Source: an uncultured Clostridia bacterium
GTDB lineage: Bacteria > Bacillota > Clostridia > Christensenellales > Borkfalkiaceae
DNA: 64,000 nucleotides
Direction: 5' to 3'
Assembly: GCA_944367045.1 (NCBI GenBank)
Contig: CALVWI010000010.1
Coordinates: 5,927 to 69,926, forward strand
The notes under the pieces were generated by a model. That model did no database searches and was not told where the DNA came from. It worked only from the letters and a program-made list of their open reading frames with translations. A program made the position numbers and the translations under genes. Below, piece by piece: positions 62,886 to 64,000 of the stretch. Position 1 is the stretch's first letter. Each line of letters opens with the position of its first letter.

Positions 62886-62892
62886 GTCTGCC

Positions 62893-64000
62893 TCATTGTA
62901 TCTCGACGACGTCATACCCGCCCGCAACGGTGTAGCTTCCCGCGAGGGCGTTGGTGTAGACAGTCATTCGTTCGCCGTCGAGCTCGACGAACCACACCGT
63001 CTCGTCAAGTGTCTTTACAAATTCGATGGCGCGCTCGGTGCCCATCGCCATGAGCGCGGTCGTCAGCGCGTCGCAGCGGGCGGCGCTCTCGCCGAGGACG
63101 GTCGCCGTCACGATGCCCGCCGTGTTCTTCCCGTTTACGACGTTGACGGGCATCATCGTCTCGGGATCGATGATCTGGCTGTAGCGCGTGCCGTCGATCT
63201 CGTAGTAGAGGCCGTTGTCGGCGCTCGTCGAGAGGCAGGTATCCTGCACCTGCGCGGTGAGATAGTCGACACCCCCGCGCGGAGCGGCCGCCGATAGCTC
63301 ATAATAGGCGCGCCCCGCGGTGTACTTGCCCACCGCCATACTGCTGCCGCTGAAGCTGAAATAGCCGTAGGGAAAGCCCTCTGTAAGCTCCTTGACACGG
63401 TCGCAGGCGTACCCCTTGGCGATGCCGCCGAAGTCGACTTTGAGGACGTACTCCACCCCCTCGACGGTGACGGATGCACCCTTTGGCTTGGTCGCATAGT
63501 AGAAGCCGTTCTTCTCGAAGAGCTCCACTTCGGGGAAGTATTCGGAGAGCGCGCGGAAGGCGGCAAGCTGACTTTCGTTCGGGAGCGTCTCGGGAGCGGG
63601 CCCGCCCGCCTGAAAGTTGTAGAAGCCGTACGCCTCCACGCTGTGATAGACGGAGGGATCGTAGCACCCGCCCGTCTCATTGTAGAGTTCCTGTGCGAGC
63701 GTAAACACCTCATACGAGGCTTCGTCAAGCTCCACCGTCTCCCCGGGGGCGGCGTCGTTGAAGTCGGTGACGGGCGAGGCCTGCGTCACCGAGAGGCTTT
63801 TCTCGAGGTCGCGCAGGAGCGCTTCGACGTCGTTTGAGACGCGCTGAGCCTCCTCGACGGAGGGCACGTCCTCAGCGCCTGCAAAGAGGCGAAGGTCTGC
63901 CGTTGTGTGGAAGAAGTATCTTCCCGAAAAGCCCTGCCAGCTCCCCTTTGCCACGCAGCCGCTCAAAGAGGACGTCGTAAACACAAAGAGCGCGGCGAGC
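62893..64000 (-). CDS. apbE: FAD:protein FMN transferase (ApbE), lipoprotein; N-terminus beyond window end
   Basis: Lipobox ...LFVFTTSSLSGC at the window edge. GGIAKGYA, ...TSADNG.YYEIDG.RYSQIIDP ApbE-type motifs. Confidence 0.85.
   Translation of the reverse strand, partial: LAALFVFTTSSLSGCVAKGSWQGFSGRYFFHTTADLRLFAGAEDVPSVEEAQRVSNDVEALLRDLEKSLSVTQASPVTDFNDAAPGETVELDEASYEVFTLAQELYNETGGCYDPSVYHSVEAYGFYNFQAGGPAPETLPNESQLAAFRALSEYFPEVELFEKNGFYYATKPKGASVTVEGVEYVLKVDFGGIAKGYACDRVKELTEGFPYGYFSFSGSSMAVGKYTAGRAYYELSAAAPRGGVDYLTAQVQDTCLSTSADNGLYYEIDGTRYSQIIDPETMMPVNVVNGKNTAGIVTATVLGESAARCDALTTALMAMGTERAIEFVKTLDETVWFVELDGERMTVYTNALAGSYTVAGGYDVVEIQ

Overview
High-G+C, densely coding chromosomal segment from a spore-forming Bacillota (Clostridia-like) bacterium. 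This placement rests on spoIIAA-spoIIAB-sigF, spoVAD/spoVAE, an Rnf complex and CCA-encoding tRNAs. Most of the window is ordinary housekeeping. Left to right: esterase and GH42 beta-galactosidase; degV-proS-asnS; phosphohexomutase, transketolase, nitroreductase; a second degV; an XRE-type membrane regulator; metK divergent from a PflX-like radical SAM gene; an ABC-F ATPase; a BNR-repeat glycosidase-like protein. Next comes tRNA-Thr(CGU) with a decayed ~1.55 kb integrative element. Then: lipid kinase, U32 (TrhP-like) and O-methyltransferase (TrmR-like); RNase J; serC-serA; a YihY module fused in frame to an M3 oligoendopeptidase; a heterodimeric ABC exporter pair; hisZGDBHAF-IE. An AT-rich 0.9 kb non-coding island follows, then a five-tRNA operon and spoIIAA-spoIIAB-sigF. 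The rest: an orphan GspE-like ATPase; a DtxR-family regulator; an ECF sigma/anti-sigma pair with a divergent paralogous lipoprotein; the rhamnose operon fucO-rhaDAB plus an AraC regulator; a serine hydrolase; spoVAD-spoVAE; and a Gx-transporter-rnfCDGEAB-NusG_II-apbE cluster. No rRNA, CRISPR array or intact mobile element is visible. The items most worth follow-up are: (1) the tRNA-Thr attL/attR remnant with arm-type repeats; (2) two promoter-to-terminator small-RNA candidates and a repeated hairpin family between the his operon and the tRNA operon; (3) the acidic ECF/anti-sigma/lipoprotein paralog module; (4) the stop-less YihY ORF that runs into a peptidase gene with its own internal promoter; (5) a recurring TATAAT-N6-ATG (leaderless) geometry at three genes. 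All calls come from reading the sequence and ORF track by eye. No database search was run.
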